A stretch of DNA of 64,000 nt from Streptosporangiaceae bacterium. GTDB taxonomy: Bacteria; Actinomycetota; Actinomycetes; Streptosporangiales; Streptosporangiaceae. This document shows positions 1 to 8,820 of this stretch, piece after piece. Positions within the stretch are counted from its first letter, which is position 1. Every line of letters begins with the position of its first letter. The position numbers and the translations under genes are program-made. Below the pieces are notes generated by a model. It was not told where the DNA came from and searched no databases. It worked only from the letters and a program-made list of their open reading frames with translations. The stretch is taken from the NCBI GenBank assembly GCA_036501205.1, contig DASYAT010000066.1, positions 42,745 through 106,744 on the forward strand. The letters are read 5' to 3'.

Positions 1-714
1 GATCGCTTCGCCCACCTCGGCTCCGATCCTGGCGATGGCGTCAGTGCTGGATTCGCGGGTCAGGGTCAGGACTACGGCCAGATCCTGGTCGCCGTCGCCC
101 GGCTGCAGGTCGAACGAGGCGACATCCAGTTGGTTGGCTAGCGCGGCCGCGACGATCTCGTGAACGTCCGGATCGCGGTACGGCTCCGGGGCCTCCTCGC
201 CCCGGGCGAGCGCGGCCAGGCGGGCGCCTTCGACCGCGAACGGTACCGGCCCGGCGACGTCGATCACTACGGCGGAGGAATCGGCGCACGCCGTCTGCCA
301 CACCGAGTGGGCGGCGACCGGCACCGGGCGGGCGTCGGATTGCCAGCGGCTCATCGACAGCAGGCTGGTGAAGGCCGGGACGGCTCGCCTGCCGTCGAGC
401 CCGATCAGCGTCGGCATGGCCATGTCGCTTGCCTTCTCACCCCGGATGGCCGCCCGGAGCGCGGGCTCAGCCGCCGCCAGGTCAACATCGATGCCAGTGT
501 CTTGAGCGGGTGCGCTCACCGCTTCAGCGGGCTCAGGTCCCTCGGCCAGCACGGCGACGACGGGAACCAGCAGCCGACCGGCGGCCAGCGCCGCCAGCAC
601 CGCTTGCTCGCTGCCCCGGCCCGAAGCGAACTCGGTCAACGCGGCGACCACGTCGGGGTGCGCCGAACCATCATCGCTGCGGAACGCCGGGTCGCCGCCG
701 CTGATCCCAAGCAC
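1..714 (-). CDS. SseB family protein (C-terminal end lies beyond window start)
   Basis: Absent from the ORF track because it has no stop inside the window. Manual minus-strand translation from GTG 712-714 gives VLGISGGDPAFRSDDGSAHPDVVAALTEF..GRLLVPVV..PTLIGLDGRRAVPAFTSLLSMSRW..AVVIDVAGPVPFAV, which fits the SseB N-terminal domain pattern as I remember it. An in-frame stop lies just upstream at 736-738. Plus-strand ORF 160..897 is its antisense shadow. Confidence 0.5.
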   Translation of the reverse strand, partial: MLGISGGDPAFRSDDGSAHPDVVAALTEFASGRGSEQAVLAALAAGRLLVPVVAVLAEGPEPAEAVSAPAQDTGIDVDLAAAEPALRAAIRGEKASDMAMPTLIGLDGRRAVPAFTSLLSMSRWQSDARPVPVAAHSVWQTACADSSAVVIDVAGPVPFAVEGARLAALARGEEAPEPYRDPDVHEIVAAALANQLDVASFDLQPGDGDQDLAVVLTLTRESSTDAIARIGAEVGEAI

Positions 715-926
715 AGGGCAACTGTAGTGAAGATGTCATCAGGGCACTCCAGGCAGGACGGCCACCTGACGGCATTCAGGCATCTTAATCTAGTCGCCAC
801 GGCCCGGACGTATCCGGCACTAGTACTCTGGCGCCCGAGTACCCCCTCCGATGTGGCTGGTCAGGCAGAAGCAATGCTGGTTCTCGTCGGAACTTAAGTA
901 CGCAACTTGCGATTTGAGAGTTTCAT

Positions 927-959
927 AGAACTGCACGCAGTCAGAGAACTACACGCAGT
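927..959 (+). repeat. 17-nt tandem direct repeat AGAACT(G/A)CACGCAGTC x2 upstream of ORF 978
   Basis: agaactgcacgcagtc at 927-942 and agaactacacgcagtc at 944-959. They lie in the divergent intergenic region just 5' of the GGGGAG ribosome-binding site. Confidence 0.6.
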
Positions 960-977
960 CGGATCACAGGGGAGCGA

Positions 978-1463
978 GTGCGCCACATCCGTCAGGCACC
1001 GCCGATCATCCAGGCTGGTACCACCATGCACAAGCCGATCCCGCCTCGGCTTGTGGAGCCCTACCTGACTGGCCGCCGCGCCGTTATAGCCGGATTTGTC
1101 TACCGGCTGGCCGACAGCTCCTTCACCGATCCCGCGGACATCTACCACGCCCTCGATCTGGGCTACGAAGGCTCCGAGTTCCGTTCGGACATGCCCGAGG
1201 TCTACGTCCTGCGTTGGACCGCATCCATCCCGGAAGCCTACGAAGTGCCCTACTCTGTCGAAAGAGGCGGAGACTGGACCGGCAAGCCGCCGTTCACCGG
1301 TACCGGTTACACGTCATGGCCAAGCCATCCGATCCCTGAGTTCTACGTCGATCTAATGCCGATTCCGGTCGGGACAGAGATCTACCGAATCACCCCTGGT
1401 AACGAGGAGTTCATCGCTCGCTACGACGGCCAGGTGTGGTTGCGGCCTGCAGAGGGGAACTGA
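978..1463 (+). CDS. hypothetical protein (161 aa; alternative ATG start at 1026)
   Basis: The ORF has normal high-GC3 codon usage and GGGGAG just upstream. Its TGA stop (1461-1463) lies 2 nt before the ATG of the next gene, which suggests translational coupling. I did not recognise a family with confidence. Confidence 0.6.
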   Translation: MRHIRQAPPIIQAGTTMHKPIPPRLVEPYLTGRRAVIAGFVYRLADSSFTDPADIYHALDLGYEGSEFRSDMPEVYVLRWTASIPEAYEVPYSVERGGDWTGKPPFTGTGYTSWPSHPIPEFYVDLMPIPVGTEIYRITPGNEEFIARYDGQVWLRPAEGN

Positions 1464-1465
1464 CG

Positions 1466-4400
1466 ATGCGATACCGACTCCTTGCCACCTTTCAAGGGGC
1501 GCCGTACGAGGCCGGAGTCGGCCCTGACGATTCCGATGTCGTGCTTTTCGCGGCCTGCCCGCCGCCGGAGGAACTGAAGTTCGAGCCGGCCACCGGGCAC
1601 TGGCGCAAGCAGGTCAGCCGCACCGCAGTGCAGACGCTTTACGAGTCGCGCCCGATCGGAATGTTCCGTGGCGAGCGTTGCGTCGTCCTCGACGACCTGA
1701 CCGACCGGCTGCATATCGTCTATCTCGGCCACGACGCCATCCGAGCGGCGCAACTCGGTTACTGGGAAGTGGACCGGGGCGTGTTCGAGCTGATCACGCC
1801 GCGCCACGAAGTCGCCGACATCGTCGAACAGCGGATGCCCCTGTCCACCCGCGACGACAGCGGCCCGCACAGCAGGCCGCTCCCCCGGGTTCCGCTCTCC
1901 GACGGCGAAGAGGAGTCAAGCCGCTCTCAGCCGGGCGGCTATGACCAGTTGCCTAGAGTCGACGGGCTTAGCGGGTACGAGCCGGACTCCGCGCTGACCG
2001 GGCCGTCACACTCTGGCCGGTCGGGGCGTTCTGACCAGGACATCTTGCGGTCGGGCGATCAGTCCAGCATCTCGATTCCGGCCGTCGACGAACCGCCTCT
2101 GCCGCTAGAGGCCCAGGCGCTGCGAGCTGCCTCGACAGCGGCGCGCCGGGGTCAGAAAGGGCAGTCTCGCCAGACCCAGGAGACCCGGTCAGGCAGGCGT
2201 TCTCAGGCCGCCATCCCGAGCCAGCCGGATCCGCGCGGCCAGTCAGGACCGCACACTCAGCCGGGCGTGCCTAGCCAGCCCGGGCAGCACGGCCAGACCG
2301 GCCAGCACAGCCAGCACGGCCAGACCGGCCAGACCGGCCAGCACAGCCAGTCCGGGCGGCACTCGCAGCCAGCCGCACCCGGCCAGTCGACGGCACCGAA
2401 CCAAGCCCCGGAGCAGGGCCAGACCAGCCCGTACGGCCAGCCGGGTCAGCCAGGTCAGGCCGATTTGTACGGCCCGGACTTGTACGGCCCAGGCTCGCCC
2501 AGCCGGCCCGGCGTGCATGCCCAAACCAGTCCGCTGGCCCAGGGCAACCCTCTTGCCCAGGGCAACCTGATCACGATGACGGATCAGCCGCCAAACGCGC
2601 TGAGCCAGCCGGCGGTCGCGCCGGTGCACGCGGCCGCGCCGGTTCATCCAGTCGCGCCTGGCCAGCCAGTCGCGTCTCCGCCGGCCCAGACCCTGCTGCC
2701 CTCCACCTCGACGGAGGCACTGAGTCAGCAGGCCGCCCAGCCGATGACGGCCACGCCTCCTGGCCTTCCCGGCGCGCCAACCGAGCAGTCGATCTCGATC
2801 AGTCAGCCAGCGCACGCCGCCGGACCTTCCGCTGCGCCAGTCACCCACCCGGCCGGGCTCAGCCAGCCCGCTCATCCCCAAGCGCCGGGTCACCCGGGCC
2901 TAGGCGCCGACCAGACCGTGGCGCTCAGCCAGCCCGCCCACGCCGCGGCGCCGATGCCGAGCGAGGCCACGGCCGGTCTCAGCCAGCCCGCCCACGCCGC
3001 TCCCCCGGCATTGGCCGTACCCGACCAGCCCGCCGGGCTCAGCCAGCCAGCCCACGCCGCCCCGCACCGGCCGAGTCAGCCCGCCGACGAATCCGCTGGG
3101 CTCAGCCAGTCCACCGTGCTCAGCCAGTCCACAGGGCTCAGCCAGCCGCATGCCGTCGTGACGGCGCCCGTTCAGCCCGCTGGCCAGGTCAACGCGCTAA
3201 GCCAGCCCGCAGGCACGCCGGCCCAGCCGATCATGCCCGGACCGGCGGTCACCTCGCCAGGCTCAGCCCAACCCGGGCCCGTGCCGATCCAAGCCCAAAC
3301 CGCGCCGACCGACACGCCCGCTCAACCCGCCTCAGCGCCAGTGCCGGCCGCTCAGCCCGACTCGCCTCATCCAGCAGCCGTGCCAGCGACTCCGCCTGTC
3401 GAAAGTCAGGTCTCGTCGCCTAACGCGACCAACGTCCACAGCCGACCGTCCGACCCGGTCACGCAGGCCGAACCACCAGCGGTCCAAGCCCAGGTCGGTC
3501 AGGCCGCGATGCCAGTCCAGCCGCCAGTGGCTCCGCCAGCCGGCAGCCACGACGCGACGAACGTGCACAGCCGACCCACTGCTGAACCTCAGACTGAACC
3601 GGCCGCCGATCAGTCACACGCCCAACTCCAGACCGCCGGCCCAGCGCAGCCTGCGCCAGCCCAGCCCATGCCGGCCCGGGAGGCCCTGGCCCAGCCCGTG
3701 CCAGCCCAGCCCGGGCCAGCCCAGCCCGGCCCAGCCCAGCCCGGCCCAGCCCAGCCCGGGCCAGCCCAGCCCGGGCCAGCCCAGCCTGGGCCAGGACAAC
3801 AGCCGTCCGCTGGGCCGAAAGCCCCCAGCTCTGACGCGCCGAACATGCAAGCCTGGCCAGCGCCGATGCCCGCACCAATCAGCCCGGCCCCGGCCGGCGA
3901 TCAAGCCGCTGCCGCGTCGGTCGAAGCTGTCCCGACAAGTCCTCATCCGGCGCCACTGACTTCGTCGCAGCCGCAGGCCGACGCGTCGGTGACCACCGGA
4001 CCGCAGGCCGCACCGATGGCGTCGATGGCCCCCGCCGCTGCACCAGTCGCACCCAGCCACCCGGCGCCAGCTGACCAGGCAGCCGCGGCAGCCCCCGGAC
4101 CCGGTCATCCGGCGGCCCCAACCGCACAAACTCCGCAAACCGCGCCGATCGATCGCTCTGGCCTGCACGCCCAGCCCGCCACAGGCCAACCCGATCCCGG
4201 CTCCGCCGCAGGCCAGCACGCTCCCAGCCAGCATGCTCCGGGCCAGCACGCTCCCAGCCAGCCGACCACCGATCAGCCCGCGACTGCACCGCCCACGACG
4301 CCCATTGCGGCCCAGCCGCACCCGGCCGCCCAGCCGCACCCGGCCGTCTCGCCACACCCGGTCGCCCGGCACGCCCAGTCCGTGCCGTCATCCAGCCTGC

Positions 4401-5716
4401 CACCGGCCATGCCAGCCACACCGGCCGCGCCAATCGTGCCAGCCATACCGGCCGTGCCAGTCGTGCCTGGCCAGCCAACCGACGACCCGGCTCGACAGGC
4501 CCCAGCCGTACTGAGTCAGCCAGCCGCAGCCGCGCCAGCACCCGCCCGGCCAGAGGCGGCACCCGCCCCGCAGGCCCCAGCGGCCGAACTCGCACCATCC
4601 GAGCCGGCTTCGACCCAGCACGTCGCCGACCCCTCCTCGGCCCCCTACGGCCAGCCAGCACCGTTCCAGACCCCGGGGGCGCCCCACGCAGCGCCGCCCC
4701 ACGCAGCGCCGCCTCACCCAGCGCCGCCCCACCCAGCGTTGCCGAACCTGGCGACCCCGAACCCAGAGCCACCCCACTCCGAGCCGACGCACCAGGCTCA
4801 CCCGCACCAGGCTCAGCCCCACCAGGGCGGCATCTCCGACCCGACCACCCCGGCGCACCCGACCTCGGCGTCCGACCAACCGGTCCCGTCCTGGTCACCG
4901 CAAAACCACCCGCAGAACGAGTCCCATCCCCAGCCTCATGCCGAGCCCCCCTCAGCCGAGCCCCCCTCAGCCGAGCCCCTCTCAGCCGAGCCCCCGCCAG
5001 CCCAGCCCGCGCCCACAACGGCCGGACAGGGCCAGCCGCTCCGGTACGGGCCGTTCATCCCGGACGAGTCCGCCGTCCTCTCATCGAACGGCTCAGGCCT
5101 GGTGAACGGTATCTCGACGGCCCCGTACAACGGCATCTCACCGCCGCCGCTCAACGGCATCGCACCAGTGCCGCTCAATGGCTTCGCCTCGCACCACCCG
5201 CCGACCGTCCAGCTCCCGCTGCCGACCGAGCCCCCGCCGACCGAGCCCCCGCCGATCGAAGCCACCCGGCCGATCGAAGCCACCCGGCCAGTCAACGTCA
5301 CCCCGCCAGTCGACACCGCCCCGGCCGCACCGCCTGCTCCGTGGCCCATTCCACTTGAGCCCCAAACGGCCGCCACCGCCCAACCCGTCCCCCAAGCCGA
5401 CTCGATCCCGTCATCAGAACCAGCCGCGCCGCCCCGCCGCCGCCGCTCCACCAAGCGCCGCCTGCCGACCCAGAAGATCTTCTCCGACCTGGCCGCTCAG
5501 GCCGCGATCCCAGCCGCCGCCTACGCGATCGGCGAGGACGTGGACGGCGCGATGTGCCTGGTCCGCACCGACGAAGGCTTCGAGGTGTTCAACTCCATGG
5601 CGGGTTCGCGCCACGAAGTGAGGCTCTTCCAGGACGAGGAGTCGGCGTACTTCTACCTGTTCGGAGTCCTAGTCGCCGACGCGGTCAGGACCGGCGCATT
5701 GGCTCCCCGCGACTGA
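1466..5716 (+). CDS. very large Pro/Ala/Gln/Ser-rich low-complexity protein with small globular N- and C-terminal domains (hypothetical)
   Basis: Continuous ORF. The preferred start is ATG 1466 (MRYRLLATFQG), 7 nt after GAGGGGA. The N-terminal ~130 aa and C-terminal ~90 aa (..AYAIGEDVDGAMCLVRTDEGFEVFNSMAGSRHEVRLFQDEESAYFYLFGVLVADAVRTG..) have normal composition. The roughly 1200 residues in between are tandem peptide repeats: GLSQPAHAA, PGPAQ, QHAPS, AEPPS, PTEPP, NGIxPxPL. Confidence 0.7.
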   Translation: MRYRLLATFQGAPYEAGVGPDDSDVVLFAACPPPEELKFEPATGHWRKQVSRTAVQTLYESRPIGMFRGERCVVLDDLTDRLHIVYLGHDAIRAAQLGYWEVDRGVFELITPRHEVADIVEQRMPLSTRDDSGPHSRPLPRVPLSDGEEESSRSQPGGYDQLPRVDGLSGYEPDSALTGPSHSGRSGRSDQDILRSGDQSSISIPAVDEPPLPLEAQALRAASTAARRGQKGQSRQTQETRSGRRSQAAIPSQPDPRGQSGPHTQPGVPSQPGQHGQTGQHSQHGQTGQTGQHSQSGRHSQPAAPGQSTAPNQAPEQGQTSPYGQPGQPGQADLYGPDLYGPGSPSRPGVHAQTSPLAQGNPLAQGNLITMTDQPPNALSQPAVAPVHAAAPVHPVAPGQPVASPPAQTLLPSTSTEALSQQAAQPMTATPPGLPGAPTEQSISISQPAHAAGPSAAPVTHPAGLSQPAHPQAPGHPGLGADQTVALSQPAHAAAPMPSEATAGLSQPAHAAPPALAVPDQPAGLSQPAHAAPHRPSQPADESAGLSQSTVLSQSTGLSQPHAVVTAPVQPAGQVNALSQPAGTPAQPIMPGPAVTSPGSAQPGPVPIQAQTAPTDTPAQPASAPVPAAQPDSPHPAAVPATPPVESQVSSPNATNVHSRPSDPVTQAEPPAVQAQVGQAAMPVQPPVAPPAGSHDATNVHSRPTAEPQTEPAADQSHAQLQTAGPAQPAPAQPMPAREALAQPVPAQPGPAQPGPAQPGPAQPGPAQPGPAQPGPGQQPSAGPKAPSSDAPNMQAWPAPMPAPISPAPAGDQAAAASVEAVPTSPHPAPLTSSQPQADASVTTGPQAAPMASMAPAAAPVAPSHPAPADQAAAAAPGPGHPAAPTAQTPQTAPIDRSGLHAQPATGQPDPGSAAGQHAPSQHAPGQHAPSQPTTDQPATAPPTTPIAAQPHPAAQPHPAVSPHPVARHAQSVPSSSLPPAMPATPAAPIVPAIPAVPVVPGQPTDDPARQAPAVLSQPAAAAPAPARPEAAPAPQAPAAELAPSEPASTQHVADPSSAPYGQPAPFQTPGAPHAAPPHAAPPHPAPPHPALPNLATPNPEPPHSEPTHQAHPHQAQPHQGGISDPTTPAHPTSASDQPVPSWSPQNHPQNESHPQPHAEPPSAEPPSAEPLSAEPPPAQPAPTTAGQGQPLRYGPFIPDESAVLSSNGSGLVNGISTAPYNGISPPPLNGIAPVPLNGFASHHPPTVQLPLPTEPPPTEPPPIEATRPIEATRPVNVTPPVDTAPAAPPAPWPIPLEPQTAATAQPVPQADSIPSSEPAAPPRRRRSTKRRLPTQKIFSDLAAQAAIPAAAYAIGEDVDGAMCLVRTDEGFEVFNSMAGSRHEVRLFQDEESAYFYLFGVLVADAVRTGALAPRD
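3698..3795 (+). repeat. 15-nt in-frame tandem repeat (CCCAGCCCGG(G/C)CCAG, about 6-7 units) encoding (PGPAQ)n
   Basis: Read directly in the sequence. Similar codon-level tandem repeats occur at about 2796-3210 (GLSQPAHAA units), 4940-5005 (AEPPS) and 5222-5290 (PTEPP / IEATRP). Confidence 0.85.
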
Positions 5717-5764
5717 CCCGACCGGGCCGGAGCGTCGGCGCGCCAACCCTGGCTCGCGGACGCG

Positions 5765-6703
5765 ATGATTAGACCCATGAATAAGCCGAACACGATCCCG
5801 CTCACCGGAGCGCAGTACCAGATTCAGGCCGGCAGCTACCGAGCCACCCTGACCGAGCTAGGCGCCGGGCTGCGCCAGCTCAGTCACGAGGGCAGGCCGC
5901 TGATCACCGAGTTCGAGCAGGACCAGCTGCCGCCGCACGGCGCCGGCCAGTTGCTCGCGCCCTGGCCGAACCGGATCGATGGCGGCAAGTACTCCTTCGG
6001 CGGACGATCGTTCCAGCTCGACCACAGCGAGCCCGCGCGCGGCAACGCGATCCACGGCCTGACCCGCTGGGCCAACTGGAAGCCTGGCGCCCACATCGCC
6101 GATGAGATCACGCTGATCCACGTGCTGCTCGGCCGGCCAGGCTACCCGTTCTGCCTAGAATTGTCGGCCAACTACCGGTTGCACGAATCGGACGGCCTGA
6201 CCATCTCGATCACAGCCACGAACACCGGCTCCACCCCCGCCCCCTACGGCACCGGCTGTCATCCGTATGTCACCACGGGCGCGGCCACGATCGACGGCTG
6301 CGAGCTTGAGCTGCCGGCCGCGCAGTGGCTGTCTGCCGACAATCGCGGCATCCCGACCGGCGCGCCGAAGGATGTAACCGGCTCCCAGTTCGACTTCCGC
6401 ACGCCCAGGCCGATAGCCGACACCGAACTCGATCACGCCCTCACCGGCCTGGTCAGGGACGAGTCGGGCCGGGCCTGGACGCACCTGTCCGACGACGAAT
6501 TGTCGCTAGCTCTCTGGACGGGCCCCGGCTACGACTGGCTTCAGGTCTTCACCGGCGATGCGCTCGAACCCGAGCACCGGCGCCGCGCGCTGGCGATCGA
6601 GCCGATGACCTGCCCGCCGAATGCGTTCGTCACCGGAGATGACCTGCTGACGCTTGCCCCAGCCGACAGTGTTACTCACTCCTGGGGGATAAAAGTACTT
6701 TAA
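5765..6703 (+). CDS. aldose 1-epimerase family protein
   Basis: ..LLAPWPNRIDGGKYSFGGRSFQLDHSEPARGNAIHGLTRWANW.. and CHPYV motifs are typical of galactose mutarotase-like proteins. An alternative start is ATG 5777. Confidence 0.85.
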   Translation: MIRPMNKPNTIPLTGAQYQIQAGSYRATLTELGAGLRQLSHEGRPLITEFEQDQLPPHGAGQLLAPWPNRIDGGKYSFGGRSFQLDHSEPARGNAIHGLTRWANWKPGAHIADEITLIHVLLGRPGYPFCLELSANYRLHESDGLTISITATNTGSTPAPYGTGCHPYVTTGAATIDGCELELPAAQWLSADNRGIPTGAPKDVTGSQFDFRTPRPIADTELDHALTGLVRDESGRAWTHLSDDELSLALWTGPGYDWLQVFTGDALEPEHRRRALAIEPMTCPPNAFVTGDDLLTLAPADSVTHSWGIKVL

Positions 6704-6716
6704 AAGATTTAGCCCA

Positions 6717-7418
6717 TTATTTAGAAAATTTTGCCGGGGTCTTTAGCAGTTCGGCAATGCGCTCTAGATCCTCGGGAGTATCAAGATCGTCCGGGCGGCC
6801 GACGTCTCCGCATTCGACCAACGTGATCAGGTCCCGATGCGCCTGCAGGAACCCCCGCGCCCCGAGGTCAGCCTCGGCGGCAGCGGCCACGTCAGCCCAG
6901 TAGCGCCGTGCGAACAGCACCGGGTTGCGCCGCTTGCCGTCATAACTCGCCGCGACCAGCCCGGCGCCTGCGCCCTGACGAAAGGAGTCGATCAGCCGGG
7001 TGACCGCCTCGAAGCCGATCAGGGGCTGGTCAACGAGCGCAACGACCACGGCATCTCCGCTGTCGGGCCGGTCGCCAAGCGCGGCCAGACCGGCCCGCAG
7101 CGACGACCCCATCCCCGTAGCCCAGTCCGGGTTACGCACGGTCTGGACACCTGGGAGCTCGAGTTCGACGGCGCCGGTGACCATGAACACCGGGTCGGTC
7201 CCGCCGTCCCGAAGCAACTCGACCCCTCGAGAAGCAAGAGTCGTGCCGCCGATCGCGACCAGCGCCTTAGGGCGACCGAGTCTGCGCCCGGCGCCGGCCG
7301 CCAGCAGCAACCCAGCTACTCCTGAGCCTGGGCCGGCCTCTGCTCCCGATCTCTTAGCGGAAGACTTCGCGTCAAATAGCATCTCAAAGTCTTCACCTTG
7401 CGAGAACTCTCCGGTCAC
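6717..7418 (-). CDS. nucleotidyltransferase family protein (MobA/MocA-like molybdenum cofactor nucleotidyltransferase)
   Basis: The N-terminal GLLLAAGAGRRLGRPKAL motif and a DxP motif fit this family. There is a GTGA start/stop overlap with the upstream XdhC gene. Confidence 0.75.
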   Translation of the reverse strand: MTGEFSQGEDFEMLFDAKSSAKRSGAEAGPGSGVAGLLLAAGAGRRLGRPKALVAIGGTTLASRGVELLRDGGTDPVFMVTGAVELELPGVQTVRNPDWATGMGSSLRAGLAALGDRPDSGDAVVVALVDQPLIGFEAVTRLIDSFRQGAGAGLVAASYDGKRRNPVLFARRYWADVAAAAEADLGARGFLQAHRDLITLVECGDVGRPDDLDTPEDLERIAELLKTPAKFSK

Positions 7419-8596
7419 GCGCGTACGTCAGCGTCGCCGAGGGCAGGAGCGTCCGCCCCGCTCGCCTGCGGGTGGTGGATCCGCCCGTTGGTCACGGTCA
7501 GCGGCTGCCCGGAGCCGCCCCACCGGAGCTGAATCAGCTCGGCCGCGATCGCGACCGCAGTCTCTTCTGGGGTCCTAGCCCCGAGATCGAGCCCGACCGG
7601 TGACCTGAGCCGAGCCAGCTCGGACTCGGACATGCCGACCTCGCGCAGCCGGTCAAGCCGGTCGTCGTGGGTGCGCCGGCTGCCCATCGCCCCGATATAG
7701 GCGGCAGGAACTCGGAGCGCCACCTCAAGTACCGGCACGTCGAACTTCGGATCGTGGGTGAGTACGCAGATGACGGTGCGCTCGTCGGTGGTGATCCCGG
7801 CCAGGTACCGGTGCGGCCAGTCGGTCACGACCTCATCGGCCTCGGGGAACCGCGCGCTGGTCGCGAAGACCGGCCTGGCGTCGCATACGGTCACCCGGTA
7901 GCCAAGGAACTTGCCGATCCTCGCCACGGCCGCGGCGAAGTCGATCGCGCCGAACACCAGCATCCGCGGCGGGGGCGCGAACGACTGGACGAAGACCGAC
8001 AGGTCATCAAGCCGCCGCTCGCCGTCCGGGCCGTATCTGCGCACGCCGGTGAGGCCCTGCGCGAGCATGCCGCGCGCATCGTCGTCGACCGCCTGATCCA
8101 GCCGGTCGCCCGACCCGAGCGACTCGCCAGCAGGGGCGAACTCCCCCGTCGCACGCTCATGCCCAGCGGGCCAGATGATCCGCCGGGCGCCGACCCGGCC
8201 AGGCCCGGCGATCACCGTCGAGACCGCGACCGGCTGGCGCTCCCTGACTGCCGCTGCGATCTCGCCGAACTCCGGGTAACTGTCCTTGCCGATCCGCTCG
8301 ACGAAGATGTCGATGATTCCGCCGCAGGTCAGACCCACGCTGAAGGCCGTATCGTCGCTCACGCCATACCGCTGCAGCACACCCTGCCCGCTGGCCAGGA
8401 CCTCGCCGGACAGCTCATACACCGCGCCCTCGACACAGCCACCGGACACGCTCCCGACGACCTGGCCATCGCCGGAGACGGCAAGCGCGGCGCCAGGCTC
8501 CCTCGGCGCGCTGCTGAACGTCTGCACGACTGTGGCCAGCCCGAACGTCTCCCCGGCATCCCACCACCGGCCGATCTGGTCGAGGATGTCACGCAC
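7415..8596 (-). CDS. XdhC/CoxI family protein (molybdoenzyme maturation accessory factor)
   Basis: ..TFGLATVVQTFSSAPREPGAALAVSGDGQVVGSVSGGCVEGAVYE.. is the characteristic XdhC N-terminal motif, followed by a Rossmann-like C-terminal half. Confidence 0.85.
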   Translation of the reverse strand: MRDILDQIGRWWDAGETFGLATVVQTFSSAPREPGAALAVSGDGQVVGSVSGGCVEGAVYELSGEVLASGQGVLQRYGVSDDTAFSVGLTCGGIIDIFVERIGKDSYPEFGEIAAAVRERQPVAVSTVIAGPGRVGARRIIWPAGHERATGEFAPAGESLGSGDRLDQAVDDDARGMLAQGLTGVRRYGPDGERRLDDLSVFVQSFAPPPRMLVFGAIDFAAAVARIGKFLGYRVTVCDARPVFATSARFPEADEVVTDWPHRYLAGITTDERTVICVLTHDPKFDVPVLEVALRVPAAYIGAMGSRRTHDDRLDRLREVGMSESELARLRSPVGLDLGARTPEETAVAIAAELIQLRWGGSGQPLTVTNGRIHHPQASGADAPALGDADVRA

Positions 8597-8754
8597 GATC
8601 GGTCACCTCAGGCCCCTCGAACTCATCCGATACCCCCCACAGTACGACGCCGTACCCCGCTCCACCGCAGCCAGATAACGGATGGGTTAATCACCCAGGG
8701 CCGGATATATTCCCGCCGGCATCGCCGCTTAACCCAGCCCCCCGCCCCAAGAAG

Positions 8755-8773
8755 TTAGGTTAGCCTAAGCTAA
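8755..8773. promoter_or_regulatory. IdeR/DmdR-type iron box
   Basis: TTAGGTTAGCCTAAGCTAA matches the published IdeR consensus TTAGGTTAGGCTAACCTAA at 17 of 19 positions. It lies 48 nt upstream of the Fe(III) ABC substrate-binding gene. Confidence 0.7.
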
Positions 8774-8820
8774 GTTGTCCGGAGCCAACCACAACGCCGA
8801 CCCGGTGGGGACTACGACGA

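Noticed and set aside
160-897. 245-aa plus-strand ORF at the window start, and the 86-aa minus ORF 41..301.
   Set aside because: Both are alternative frames or strands of the SseB-like gene, which gives the only sensible translation.
978-1463. Weak by-eye resemblance of the 161-aa protein (..YSVERGGDWTGKPPFTGTGYTS..IPEFYVD..) to TNT-type NAD glycohydrolase toxin domains. The C-terminal domain of the giant protein also resembles N-terminal modules I recall from some TNT-domain proteins.
   Set aside because: I cannot identify the catalytic Arg and Gln-containing GGG(x)Q motif, and the similarity rests on memory only. I left both as hypothetical; a profile search would settle it.
3614-5018. Several 250-380-aa minus-strand ORFs (3614..4372, 3879..5018, 4388..4879) inside the giant gene.
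   Set aside because: They are Arg/Gly/Trp-rich mirror images of the Pro/Ala/Gln repeats, and their codon third-position pattern favours the plus strand.
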